Below are positions 23,877 to 32,000 of a stretch of DNA of 32,000 nt, one piece after another (positions within the stretch are counted from its first letter, which is position 1; each line of letters opens with the position of its first letter). The DNA is taken from the NCBI RefSeq assembly GCF_001457615.1, contig NZ_LN831024.1:1560001-1592000 (forward strand), in the 5' to 3' direction. Below the pieces are notes generated by a model, which did not search any database, was not told where the DNA came from, and was given only the letters and a program-made list of their open reading frames with translations. The DNA is from Pseudomonas aeruginosa (lineage in GTDB: Bacteria; Pseudomonadota; Gammaproteobacteria; Pseudomonadales; Pseudomonadaceae). Both the position numbers and the translations under genes were made by a program.

Positions 23877-26201
23877 TCACTCCGTGCCGTGTTCGGTCAG
23901 GGCGCGCTCGGCGGCGCTCAGGCGCGCGCGGGCGGCGGCGAGTGCGGCGGCGTCGGCGTTCGCCAGGCGTTCGAGCTTCTTCAGGGCGGCGCGGGCGTAG
24001 GCCAGCTCGGTCTTCAGCTCGCGGATGCGCGGGTCGACCGGGCGCTTGTCGATCCGCACCAGCTCCGGCGCCGGCTTGCCGCAGGCGTCCTCGGCGGCAT
24101 GCAGGTCGCGCTCGGCGGCTTGCAGCTCGCCGCGCAGGCGTTCCAGCTCGCTGTCCATCACCCCGGCCTGCTCGGCCTTCTTCAAGGCCGCGCGCTTGCC
24201 GACCAGGGCGATCTTCGCCCGCTTCAGCGCCGCCTGGCCGTCGTCGCCGGGCGCCGCGGGCTTCGGCGCGTGACGCTCGAGGCGGGCCAGGGTGGCTTCG
24301 CAACGCTCGACCTCGGCGCGCAGTTCGTCGAGGGTCGCCCGCTGCTCGGCGCCGGGCGCTTCGCCGAACGCCTTTTCCGAGCGCTTGAGCTGGGCGCGGG
24401 CCATGGCGGCCTGGGCCTTGGCCTTCTTCAGTTCGGCTTCGTCGTCGAGCGCGGCAGGCGGTGCGCTGGGTAGGTCGCGCGGCAGGCTGGCTTCGGCATC
24501 GGCCAGGGCCTTGTCGGCGGCCTCGGCGGCGGCGCGCAGTTCCGCGACCAGGCCATGCTGTTCCGGGGTGTCGTGGCTGAGCAACTGTTTCTCGGCCTTC
24601 TTCAGGGCCACCCGCGCCATGCTCGCTTCGATCTTCAGCCGTTTCAGCCGTTCGCTGCCGCTACCGGCCTGCTTGCGCGCCCTGGCCCGCTCGATCGCCG
24701 CCTGCACCGGGTCGACCGCCGTGGCGGGGGCGGCTTCCTCGCGCTCGGCCTGGGCGGCGCGCGCCAGCGCAGCCTTCTCCGCGCGTTGGGCGCGTTCTGC
24801 GGCCCGGCGCTCCTCGTCGCGGCGCAGGCGAGCCTGGCGTTGCTCGAAACGCTCACGGGATTGTTCGGCCTTCAGCAACTTCTGCCGCTGCTCGCGGATC
24901 TCCGCCTTGGACGCGCGGTAGTACTGCACCAGGGGAATGCTCGACGGGCAGACGTAGGCGCAGGCGCCGCACTCGATGCAATCGAACAGGTTGTGGGCGA
25001 GCAATTGCTCGTGCTCGTCGCCCAGGGCGAAGAAATGCAGTTGTTGTGGCAGCAGGCTGACGGGGCAGACCTGGGCGCAGTCGCCGCAGCGGATACAGGG
25101 CATGGCCGGCACTGGTTCCGGCAGCTCCGTGGCATCGCCGGCGAGCAGGCAGTTGCAGGTCTTGATCAGCGGCACCGAGAGATCGGGCAGGGCGAAGCCC
25201 ATCATCGGCCCGCCCATCAGCACGCGTTCCAGGCGTCCCTCGGCGAGGCCGGCGAACGCCAGCAACTCGTGTACCGGCGTACCGATCAGCGCCTCGACGT
25301 TCATCGGCCGCTCCAGGGCGCCGCCGGCGAGGGTAGTGATCCGCGAGATCAGCGGCCGACCGAGGACGACGGCATCGTGCACGGCGGCCAGGGTGCCGAC
25401 GTTCTGGCACAGGATGCCGATGTCCGCCGGCAGGCCGTCCGCCGGGACTTCCCTGCCGGTGAGCAACTGGATCAGCTGGCGCTCGCCGCCCGAGGGATAG
25501 CGGGTCGGCAGGGCGACGATACGATAGGGCCGTTCACCGAGGGCGGCGCCGAGGGCGGCGATGGCTTCCGGTTTGTCGTCCTCGATGCCGACCAGCACCT
25601 CTTCGGGGCACAGGATCTGCACCAGGATATCGATGCCGCCCAGCACCTGCGTGGCGCGCTCGCGCATGAGCAGGTCGTCGGCGCTGATGTAGGGCTCGCA
25701 TTCGGCGCCGTTCACCACCAGCGTATGGATCTTGTCCGCCGGGCGCGCGGCGAGCTTGGCCGCGGTGGGGAAGCCGGCGCCGCCGAGACCGCCGATGCCG
25801 GCCGCGCGGATGCGTTCGAGCAACGCCAGCGGACTTTCGGCGCGGAAGTCCGGGCAGGGATGCAGCTCGGTCCAGCGCTCCAGGCCGTCGCTGGCGATGA
25901 CGATGGCCGGCGCGGGAAGACCGGAGGCATGCGGATAGGGGTGTGCGCCGATCGCCACCACGGTACCCGAGGTCGGGGCATGCAGCGCGGCGCTGACGGT
26001 GCCGTCCGGGAGGGCGATGGTCTGGCCCTTGAGTACGGCCTGGCCGACTTCCACGCAAGGCCGCGCCGGCGCGCCGATGTGCTGGCCGAGCGGCACGATG
26101 TAGCGCTGCGCCAGCGGCGCCTGCTGGATCGGCAGGGCGGTGGAGCGCTCCTTGTTGGCCGGCAGGCAGAGGCCGCCGGGGAAGGCGTGCAGGGCGCTCA
26201 T
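23877..26201 (-). CDS. rnfC: Rnf/Rsx electron transport complex subunit C with a ~348-aa repetitive C-terminal tail
   Basis: The ATG at 26201 overlaps the rnfB stop (ATGA). It carries the NADH/FMN motif GLGGAGFPT and two 4Fe-4S motifs, [12 protein letters not shown] and [12 protein letters not shown]. 774 aa. The track ORF to 26780 is an in-frame extension across rnfB. Confidence 0.92.
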   Translation of the reverse strand: MSALHAFPGGLCLPANKERSTALPIQQAPLAQRYIVPLGQHIGAPARPCVEVGQAVLKGQTIALPDGTVSAALHAPTSGTVVAIGAHPYPHASGLPAPAIVIASDGLERWTELHPCPDFRAESPLALLERIRAAGIGGLGGAGFPTAAKLAARPADKIHTLVVNGAECEPYISADDLLMRERATQVLGGIDILVQILCPEEVLVGIEDDKPEAIAALGAALGERPYRIVALPTRYPSGGERQLIQLLTGREVPADGLPADIGILCQNVGTLAAVHDAVVLGRPLISRITTLAGGALERPMNVEALIGTPVHELLAFAGLAEGRLERVLMGGPMMGFALPDLSVPLIKTCNCLLAGDATELPEPVPAMPCIRCGDCAQVCPVSLLPQQLHFFALGDEHEQLLAHNLFDCIECGACAYVCPSSIPLVQYYRASKAEIREQRQKLLKAEQSRERFEQRQARLRRDEERRAAERAQRAEKAALARAAQAEREEAAPATAVDPVQAAIERARARKQAGSGSERLKRLKIEASMARVALKKAEKQLLSHDTPEQHGLVAELRAAAEAADKALADAEASLPRDLPSAPPAALDDEAELKKAKAQAAMARAQLKRSEKAFGEAPGAEQRATLDELRAEVERCEATLARLERHAPKPAAPGDDGQAALKRAKIALVGKRAALKKAEQAGVMDSELERLRGELQAAERDLHAAEDACGKPAPELVRIDKRPVDPRIRELKTELAYARAALKKLERLANADAAALAAARARLSAAERALTEHGTE

Positions 26202-26764
26202 GCCGCTCGCTCCCGGTCGCTGGCGATCAGTCGCGGCGACGGCTGCGGCCATTTCCAGTGGCGCACGTCGTCCGGTATCTCGCGCATCTCGATGCAGTCC
26301 ACCGGACAGGGCTCCAGGCACAGGTCGCAACCGGTGCATTCGTCGGCGATCACCGTGTGCATCAACCGTGCGGCGCCGACGATGGCGTCCACCGGGCAGG
26401 CCTGGATGCACTTGGTGCAGCCGATGCATTCGGCCTCGCGGATGTAGGCTACCCGCGGCGGGGTTTCCTCGGCGGCGTCGAGCGGCTCGGGCTCCAGGTC
26501 GAGCAGGTCGGCGAGGGCGCGGATGGTCGCTTCGCCGCCCGGCGGGCACTTGTTGATCTTGTCGCCGGCGGCGATCGCCTCGGCGTAGGGCTTGCAGCCG
26601 GGGTAGCCACACTGGCCGCACTGGGTCTGCGGCAACAGGGCGTTGACCTGCTCGGCGACCGGATCGCCCTGGACGCGGAAGCGCACCGCCGCATAGCCGA
26701 GCAGCGCACCGCCGGCCAGGCAGATCGGCAGCAGCGCGCCGATCGCCAGGAACACGCCGTTCAT
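26198..26764 (-). CDS. rnfB: Rnf/Rsx electron transport complex subunit B (polyferredoxin)
   Basis: N-terminal TM helix. Cys cluster [15 protein letters not shown]. Two 4Fe-4S motifs, [12 protein letters not shown] and [12 protein letters not shown]. Confidence 0.93.
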   Translation of the reverse strand: MNGVFLAIGALLPICLAGGALLGYAAVRFRVQGDPVAEQVNALLPQTQCGQCGYPGCKPYAEAIAAGDKINKCPPGGEATIRALADLLDLEPEPLDAAEETPPRVAYIREAECIGCTKCIQACPVDAIVGAARLMHTVIADECTGCDLCLEPCPVDCIEMREIPDDVRHWKWPQPSPRLIASDRERAA

Positions 26765-27345
26765 GGCCGGACCAACCCACTGAAGCCCATGAACGCCAGC
26801 GACATCAGGCCGGCGGTGATCATGCCGATGGCCGCGCCGCGGAACGGCGCCGGCACGTCGGCGATGGCGATGCGCTCGCGCAGGGCGGCGAACAGCACCA
26901 GCACCAGGGAAAAGCCCAGCCCGGCGCCGAAGCCCTGGGTAGTGGCCTGGAGGAAGCCGTATTCAGCCTTGTTGGCGTTGAGCAGGGCGACGCCGAGGAC
27001 GATGCAATTGGTGGTGATCAGCGGCAGGAAGATGCCGAGCACCCGGTACAGCAGCGGGCTGGTCTTCTTCACCAGCATCTCGGTGAACTGCACCACCACC
27101 GCGATCACCAGGATGAAGCCGATGGTGCGCAGGTACTCCAGGTCCAGTGGGCGCAGCACGTAGCGTTGCAGGATATGGCTGCACATCGCCGCCAGGGTCA
27201 GGACGAAGGTGGTGGCGAGGGACAGGCCGATGGCCGTCTCGATCTTCCGCGACACGCCCATGAACGGGCACAGGCCGAGGAACTGCACCAGGACAAAGTT
27301 GTTGACCAGGATGGCGCTGACCAGGATCAGGGCGAGTTCAGTCAT
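26761..27345 (-). CDS. rnfA: Rnf/Rsx electron transport complex subunit A
   Basis: 194-aa six-helix membrane protein ([14 protein letters not shown]). ATGA overlap with rnfB. Confidence 0.93.
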   Translation of the reverse strand: MTELALILVSAILVNNFVLVQFLGLCPFMGVSRKIETAIGLSLATTFVLTLAAMCSHILQRYVLRPLDLEYLRTIGFILVIAVVVQFTEMLVKKTSPLLYRVLGIFLPLITTNCIVLGVALLNANKAEYGFLQATTQGFGAGLGFSLVLVLFAALRERIAIADVPAPFRGAAIGMITAGLMSLAFMGFSGLVRP

Positions 27346-27442
27346 ACGCGAAGCATTCGTTGCAGGGCCGGGGCCGTCGGGGGAAATCCCCTATTATCGG
27401 GTGGGATTGCCCTGCAAGGCTAGCGCAAACACGTACGAAAGA

Positions 27443-27473
27443 CCGGGAGACGGACTGCCGTTGCGTCTCCCGG
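27443..27473 (-). terminator. Hairpin terminator downstream of tsi3
   Basis: CCGGGAGACG (27443-27452) pairs perfectly with CGTCTCCCGG (27464-27473) around an 11-nt loop, 9 nt after the tsi3 stop. On the minus strand it is followed by TCTTTCGT. Confidence 0.45.
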
Positions 27474-27481
27474 GGTCGCGC

Positions 27482-27919
27482 TCACTGCAACCTGGCCCGC
27501 TCCAGCAGCGCCCAGGCCAGGGCGAAGGTCGGTTCACCATCCTCGCTCTGCTCGCTGGCGCTGACCACGATCCACCGCGCGCCCGCCGGCTTGGCTGCCC
27601 ACAGGCGGTATTCGCTGCCTGCGGAGCCGCCGTCGTCTTCCTCTACCTTGTAGCGCGCCTCGCCGTCGCCCAGGCGCCTGCTCGCCAGGTCGGGCGGGGG
27701 CGGCGCGTCCTGGCGCTGGACCTCCAGTTGGCGTGGGTTGCGCAGCTTGCCGCCTTCGTCGAAGCGGAAGCCCTCGGCGCTGCGCCGCGCGTCGAAGCCG
27801 ACGGGGCGCTCCACCACCAGGCCGTTCGGGTGGGTCAGGGTCTTGTCGAAGTCCACCCCGGACTCCGCGGTGCAGGCCAGCAGGGCGAGGCTGGCGAGAA
27901 TCAGGGCGACTGTCTTCAT
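27482..27919 (-). CDS. tsi3: Tsi3, periplasmic lipoprotein immunity protein against Tse3
   Basis: 145 aa with a lipobox LLAC (Cys16). ATGA overlap with tse3. The sequence and position match my recollection of PA3485. Confidence 0.85.
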   Translation of the reverse strand: MKTVALILASLALLACTAESGVDFDKTLTHPNGLVVERPVGFDARRSAEGFRFDEGGKLRNPRQLEVQRQDAPPPPDLASRRLGDGEARYKVEEDDGGSAGSEYRLWAAKPAGARWIVVSASEQSEDGEPTFALAWALLERARLQ

Positions 27920-29142
27920 GGGAACCTCATTCCAGGGTCGAGGAAGGTGGCGTAGGCATCGTCGACGAACATCGGCCAGCCCGGCGACAGGTTGTCGTCC
28001 CAGGGCCGCGAGGTGTATTCCGAGGCCAGCGCGCGGACATTGTCCCGCGGCCAGTTGCGCGGATTGCCGGCGTAGGCGCGGAGATCGATGGAGGGAAATG
28101 CGCCGCGGGTCTTCGGCAACTTGCGCAGGTCCTGTTGCGACGCGAGGTTGGCGACGTAGCGGATGTAACGGGCGGTGGCGAAGATGTTGAATTCGTCGGA
28201 AGCCAGCAGGGTGGCGACCGCCTTGCGCGACAGACCGCGGCGCACCGGCTGGCCGAGCAGGTCGGTGAACAGCTCGTACTTGATCGCGGTGGAGACCACC
28301 ACCTGGCCGAGGCCGATGGAGGTGTTGGCGCTCTTGATGCTGACTGCCGCCTGATAGTCCTTGGCGTCTTCGTCGCGGGTCTGGTCACGCTGCTCGGCGA
28401 GGATGATCGCGCCGATCAGTTGCGGCGTCAGGTCGTACTTGCGCGCGGCCGCGGACATGACCTTGGCCCGCGACGGCGGGTTGCCCGGATAGGCGTCGGG
28501 GAACAGCGTGCTGATCGGCTGGCCGACCAGCGTCTGTGCCTGGTTCAGCTTGTCTTGCGGCGAAAGCTGGCTCAGGTAGGCGCCCAGGTCGCCGAGCGGG
28601 TTGCTGTACTTGGTGACGGTCGCCGGGTCCTTGTTGAGCAGCTTGAGCTGGTCGCCGAAGGCAATGGACGGCAGGTCGGTCGGATTGACGCCGGTGGCGC
28701 CGACCCCGCTGAACGGACCCTGGATCGCCTGGCTGGCCACCCCGGTGGCGCCGGCCGCGGCGAAGCCCAGGCGGCCAGCGGCGTCGGCGAGGTCGGCGCA
28801 GATGTCGAAGAAGGTGATGGTGGGGAAGTAGATCCAGTTGTCGGTCTGGGTGCCCAGGGGATTGTTGATCAGGCTGCGGATCAAGGCATTGCGTGCCTGG
28901 TAGCGCTGCATGGTGGTGCGCCCGGCGATGCTGGCGATCAGCGAGCGCGCCAGTTCCGGCGGGCCCACCCGCTGGAACAGCTTGATCAGCGAGCCGCTCT
29001 TGTCGAGTGCGGCGATGGTCGCATCGGGCACGTTGTCGTTGCGGATCGCGGCGATCACCCGGCGGGCTTCCTGGCGGGTCACCTGCCAGTCGTCCCAGCT
29101 ATAGGAAATCAGTGACTCGATCAGGTCGCTGGTGGCGGTCAT
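27916..29142 (-). CDS. tse3: Tse3, H1-T6SS muramidase effector
   Basis: The ATG at 29142 is 6 nt after GGAGGA, giving exactly 408 aa. It has no signal peptide. The Glu in AIILAEQRD falls at residue 250, matching the published catalytic Glu250 of Tse3. The track ORF to 30021 is an in-frame extension. Confidence 0.88.
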   Translation of the reverse strand: MTATSDLIESLISYSWDDWQVTRQEARRVIAAIRNDNVPDATIAALDKSGSLIKLFQRVGPPELARSLIASIAGRTTMQRYQARNALIRSLINNPLGTQTDNWIYFPTITFFDICADLADAAGRLGFAAAGATGVASQAIQGPFSGVGATGVNPTDLPSIAFGDQLKLLNKDPATVTKYSNPLGDLGAYLSQLSPQDKLNQAQTLVGQPISTLFPDAYPGNPPSRAKVMSAAARKYDLTPQLIGAIILAEQRDQTRDEDAKDYQAAVSIKSANTSIGLGQVVVSTAIKYELFTDLLGQPVRRGLSRKAVATLLASDEFNIFATARYIRYVANLASQQDLRKLPKTRGAFPSIDLRAYAGNPRNWPRDNVRALASEYTSRPWDDNLSPGWPMFVDDAYATFLDPGMRFP

Positions 29143-29195
29143 CGGTCTTCCTCCTTGTGAGTTGCCAGGCCCGTCAGGCGGTCCTGGGCGAAAGA

Positions 29196-29214
29196 GCGGA
29201 CCCTCCCGGTCCGC
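29196..29214 (-). terminator. Short hairpin downstream of the DUF4349-like gene
   Basis: GCGGACC (29196-29202) pairs with GGTCCGC (29208-29214) around a 5-nt loop. On the minus strand it is followed by TCTTTCG, the same tail as the tsi3 hairpin. Confidence 0.3.
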
Positions 29215-29228
29215 CCGTATGCCTGGGC

Positions 29229-30029
29229 TCAGCGCGCCTCGTTCTTGCCGGGCCGCCGCAGCCAGCGCCACAGGCCGCGCAGCAACAGGCCCAGCGGCAG
29301 CAGCACGACGAGGAACGGCAGGCTGTAGGCGAAGAATTTCATCGCGGCGATGGTGCCATCGACAAGGTCGTCGAGCAGTTGCCCGGCGGCCGTGGCGAGC
29401 TGGCCGAGGCGGCTGTCCGGCTGCGCCTCGCTGCTGAAGCTCAGGGTCAGCAGGTTGGTGGCGATGCGCCGCTGCTGCTGGGCGCCGGCCTGGGCGTTGT
29501 CGGCCAGTTGAGCTTCCACCGCGGCGATTTCCTTGGCCAGGGCCAGCAGGTCGCCGACGCTCATGTCCTTGCGCCCCTGGTATTGCTGCAGGGTCTGGTA
29601 CTCGCGTTGCAGGCGCTCGCGTTGCTGGCGGGTGTCGGCGACCGCCTGGGCCAGGTCCTCGGCGCGGGTCTGCCGGCTTTCCAGCGTGCCGCCCTGGGCA
29701 GCGGCCGCGACCAGCTTCTCCACGCCGTCCGGGACGATGCGCACGGTGAGTTCGGCGTAATGGCCGATACCGCCGCGTTGTTCGATGGCGAGCACGTCGC
29801 ACTGGCCGAAGTGCTCGCTGTTGCAGGCGTCGCGGCTGGCGGCGAGTTGCGCGTCGATACGCGCGGCGGAAAGGCGGATGCCGACGCGGTGTTCGTAGGC
29901 GAGGGCGGTGCCGGGTTTGCCCGTCTCGCCCTGGAAACCGGCATTGCCGGAGACGCTTTCGGTGTGTTCGGCGGAGCATCCGTAGAGCGCCGCCAGCAGG
30001 ACGCCGGCGGCAAGCTTCCATGCGTTCAT
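29229..30029 (-). CDS. DUF4349-like lipoprotein with central coiled coil and C-terminal TM anchor
   Basis: Lipobox ALYGC. A Gln/Ala-rich coiled-coil segment. C-terminal hydrophobic helix (FFAYSLPFLVVLLPLGLLL) followed by a basic tail. GGAGGG lies 9 nt upstream of the ATG at 30029. Confidence 0.75.
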   Translation of the reverse strand: MNAWKLAAGVLLAALYGCSAEHTESVSGNAGFQGETGKPGTALAYEHRVGIRLSAARIDAQLAASRDACNSEHFGQCDVLAIEQRGGIGHYAELTVRIVPDGVEKLVAAAAQGGTLESRQTRAEDLAQAVADTRQQRERLQREYQTLQQYQGRKDMSVGDLLALAKEIAAVEAQLADNAQAGAQQQRRIATNLLTLSFSSEAQPDSRLGQLATAAGQLLDDLVDGTIAAMKFFAYSLPFLVVLLPLGLLLRGLWRWLRRPGKNEAR

Positions 30030-30062
30030 TCTATCGAGCCCTCCATGGCTTCGTGGTCTGCG

Positions 30063-32000
30063 TTACTTGACGCGCTGGCCCGGCTTGGCTCCGCTGTCCG
30101 GACTCAGCAGGTAGATCTCCTCGCCACCCGGGCCGGCGGCCAGGACCATGCCCTCGGACACCCCGAACTTCATCTTGCGCGGCGCCAGGTTGGCCACATA
30201 GAGCGTCAGGCGGCCTTCCAGGGCGCTCGGGTCGGGATATGCGCTCTTGATCCCGGAGAACACGTTACGCTTCGCGTCGCCGATGTCCAGCGACAGGCGC
30301 AGCAGCTTGTCGGCGCCTTCGACGAATTCGCACTTCTCGATCAGGGCGATGCGCAGGTCGACCGCGGCGAAAGCGTCGAAGTCGATCTCCGCGGCGATGG
30401 GTTCCTTGACCAGCTCGCCGTTGCCGGCGGGTTGGGATGCGGCGGCGAGGTCTTCCTTGGAGGCTTCGATCATGGCTTCTACTTTCGCGGGCTCGATACG
30501 GGTCATCAGGGGCTGGAACGGGTTCAACTGGTGGTTGGCCAGCAGGGTCTGGTGGTCGGCCCAGGTCAGCGGGGCGACGTTGAGGAAGGCTTCGGCGGCG
30601 GCGGCCAGCTTCGGCAGCACCGGCTTGAGGAAGATCACCAACTGGCGGAACAGGTTGATGCCCAGGCCGCAGACGGCCTGGACCTTGTCCTGCTGGCCTT
30701 CCTGCTTGGCCAGCGCCCAGGGCGCCTGTTCGGCGATCCAGGCGTTGGCGCGGTCGGCGAGGGCCATGATCTCGCGCATGGCGCGATTGAAGTCGCGGGC
30801 CTCATAGGCCTCGGCGATTCCCGGGGCGGCCTCGCGGAAGGCGGCGAGCAGCTCCGGCGCCGGATCGGCGCCGACCAGCACGCCGGCGTTGCCCTTGTGG
30901 ATGAAGCCGGCGCAGCGGCTGGCGATGTTGACGACCTTGCCGACCAGGTCGGAGTTGACCTTCTGCACGAAGTCCTCGAGGTTCAGGTCGAGGTCCTCGA
31001 CGCCGCGGCCGAGCTTGGACGCGTAGTAGTAGCGCAGGTATTCCGGGTCCAGGTGGTCGAGGTAGGTGCGCGCCTTGACGAAGGTGCCGCGCGACTTGGA
31101 CATCTTCTGGCCGTTCACGGTCAGGTAGCCGTGCACGTTCAGCGCGGTCGGCTTGCGGTAGCCGGCGCCTTCGAGCATGGCCGGCCAGAACAGCGCGTGG
31201 AAGTTGACGATGTCCTTGCCGATGAAGTGGTACAGCTCGGCACTGGAGTCCTTGCCCCAGAACGCGTCGAAGTCCAGCTCGGGACGCCGCGCGCAGAGGT
31301 TCTTGAAGCTGGCCATGTAGCCGATCGGCGCGTCCAGCCAGACGTAGAAGTACTTGCCGGGAGCGTCGGGAATCTCGAAGCCGAAGTACGGCGCGTCACG
31401 CGAGATGTCCCACTGCTGGAGGCCGCTGTCCAGCCATTCGGCGAGCTTGTTGGCCACCGACTCCTGAAGGGTGCCGCTGCGGGTCCATTGCTTGAGCATG
31501 GCCTCGAAGTCCGGCAGCTTGAAGAAGTAGTGCAGCGATTCCTTGAGCACCGGGGTGGCGCCGGAGATCGCCGATTTCGGGTCCTTCAGTTCGGTCGGGG
31601 CGTAGGTCGCGCCGCAGGCCTCGCAGTTGTCGCCGTACTGGTCGGCGGTGCCGCACTTCGGGCAGGTGCCCTTGATGAAGCGGTCGGCGAGGAACATCTG
31701 CTTTTCCGGGTCGAAGTACTGGGTCACCGGGCGGGTGTCGATGTGCCCGGCGTCGCGCAGTTTCAGGTAGATCGCGCTGGACAGCTCGCGGTTCTCTTCC
31801 GAGTGGGTCGAGTGGTAGTTGTCGAAGTCCACCAGGAAGTCGGCGAAGTCGCCCATGTGCTCGGCGCGCACGGCGTCGATCAGTTGCTCGGAGGTGATGC
31901 CCTCGCGCTCGGCGCGGAGCATGATCGCCGAACCGTGGGCGTCGTCGGCGCAGACGTAGACGGCCTGGTTGCCACGCATCTTCTGGAAGCGCACCCACAT
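30063..32000 (-). CDS. metG: Methionyl-tRNA synthetase, 5' end outside window
   Basis: Zinc knuckle CPKCG...CEACG, KMSKS motif, and a C-terminal EMAPII/Trbp111-like tRNA-binding domain. The frame is open to nt 32000. Confidence 0.95.
   Translation of the reverse strand: MWVRFQKMRGNQAVYVCADDAHGSAIMLRAEREGITSEQLIDAVRAEHMGDFADFLVDFDNYHSTHSEENRELSSAIYLKLRDAGHIDTRPVTQYFDPEKQMFLADRFIKGTCPKCGTADQYGDNCEACGATYAPTELKDPKSAISGATPVLKESLHYFFKLPDFEAMLKQWTRSGTLQESVANKLAEWLDSGLQQWDISRDAPYFGFEIPDAPGKYFYVWLDAPIGYMASFKNLCARRPELDFDAFWGKDSSAELYHFIGKDIVNFHALFWPAMLEGAGYRKPTALNVHGYLTVNGQKMSKSRGTFVKARTYLDHLDPEYLRYYYASKLGRGVEDLDLNLEDFVQKVNSDLVGKVVNIASRCAGFIHKGNAGVLVGADPAPELLAAFREAAPGIAEAYEARDFNRAMREIMALADRANAWIAEQAPWALAKQEGQQDKVQAVCGLGINLFRQLVIFLKPVLPKLAAAAEAFLNVAPLTWADHQTLLANHQLNPFQPLMTRIEPAKVEAMIEASKEDLAAASQPAGNGELVKEPIAAEIDFDAFAAVDLRIALIEKCEFVEGADKLLRLSLDIGDAKRNVFSGIKSAYPDPSALEGRLTLYVANLAPRKMKFGVSEGMVLAAGPGGEEIYLLSPDSGAKPGQRVK

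Noticed and set aside
23877-24920. Periodic DNA repeats (CTTCTTCAGGGC about every 200 bp), considered as a CRISPR array or VNTR.
   Set aside because: The repeats are degenerate, in-frame and coding (the RnfC tail). There are no unique spacers of regular length and no flanking cas genes.
24555-26447. 630-aa + strand ORF (and 23889-24473, 22876-24000, 20870-21925) opposite the rnf genes.
   Set aside because: These are antisense shadows of rnfC/rnfD/rnfE/nth with low-complexity composition and no independent signals.
23877-26780. 967-aa ORF suggesting that RnfC extends over rnfB.
   Set aside because: The upstream 190 aa is low-complexity and overlaps the genuine rnfB frame. The ATG at 26201, with an ATGA overlap to the rnfB stop, gives the canonical RnfC N-terminus.
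27380-27391. GGGGAAATCCCC palindrome in the tsi3-rnfA gap.
   Set aside because: It has only 5-bp arms with a 2-nt centre, which cannot form a hairpin and matches no bacterial operator I know. It is noted only as part of the larger inverted repeat in the empty-site finding.
27393-27398. GATAAT (minus strand), considered as a -10 box for an rnfA promoter.
   Set aside because: No acceptable -35 hexamer lies at a 16-18-nt spacing, so the support is insufficient to call a promoter.
27346-27481. Mobile-element remnants (integrase, transposase, tRNA attachment site) at the putative empty island site.
   Set aside because: There is no ORF or tRNA-like sequence in the 136-bp gap or its flanks. Only inverted repeats are seen, so no mobile element is called.
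27916-30021. 701-aa ORF suggesting a giant Tse3 fusion covering the DUF4349 gene region.
   Set aside because: The N-terminal 290 aa is Arg/Pro-rich nonsense in a different frame from the well-supported lipoprotein gene (29229-30029). The ATG at 29142 has a GGAGGA SD and yields the expected 408-aa Tse3 with Glu250.

Overview
High-GC (about two-thirds G+C) Pseudomonas aeruginosa-type chromosomal segment. By my recollection of gene order and protein sequences it is colinear, in inverted orientation, with the PAO1 interval PA3517 to PA3482; no database search was possible, so all PA numbers are from memory.

Content from left to right:
1. The 3' end of the fluopsin C operon on the + strand: flcC (5'-truncated), flcB and flcA.
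2. A 0.5-kb non-coding stretch ending in an AT-rich island. It carries a sigma54-type -24/-12 element and tandem GTTT..AAAC palindromes.
3. A 14.4-kb, 17-gene, tightly packed + strand operon (4389-18813) of unassigned function. It encodes a NitT/TauT-type ABC importer, two SDRs, a cupin, an alpha/beta-hydrolase, an embedded IclR regulator, a ThDP enzyme, an aspartate-dehydrogenase-like protein, an ALDH, a VOC extradiol-type dioxygenase, two tiny unknown proteins, a Rieske oxygenase, RidA and a PDR-type reductase. It ends in a strong intrinsic terminator.
4. A separately promoted outer-membrane beta-barrel gene with a second sigma54-like element and a related palindrome.
5. On the - strand: a 59-aa acidic protein, nth, rnfE-G-D-C-B-A, the T6SS immunity/effector pair tsi3/tse3, a DUF4349-like lipoprotein, and metG (5' end outside the window).

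The tsi3-rnfA gap is only 136 bp, which looks like the unoccupied form of the site that holds vgrG4b-pldA-tli5a in PAO1.

No rRNA, tRNA, CRISPR array, transposase or integrase was recognised.

The best candidate for an undescribed system is the 17-gene operon plus its porin, together with their shared regulatory motifs.

The many long antisense or alternate-frame ORFs in the track are high-GC artefacts.
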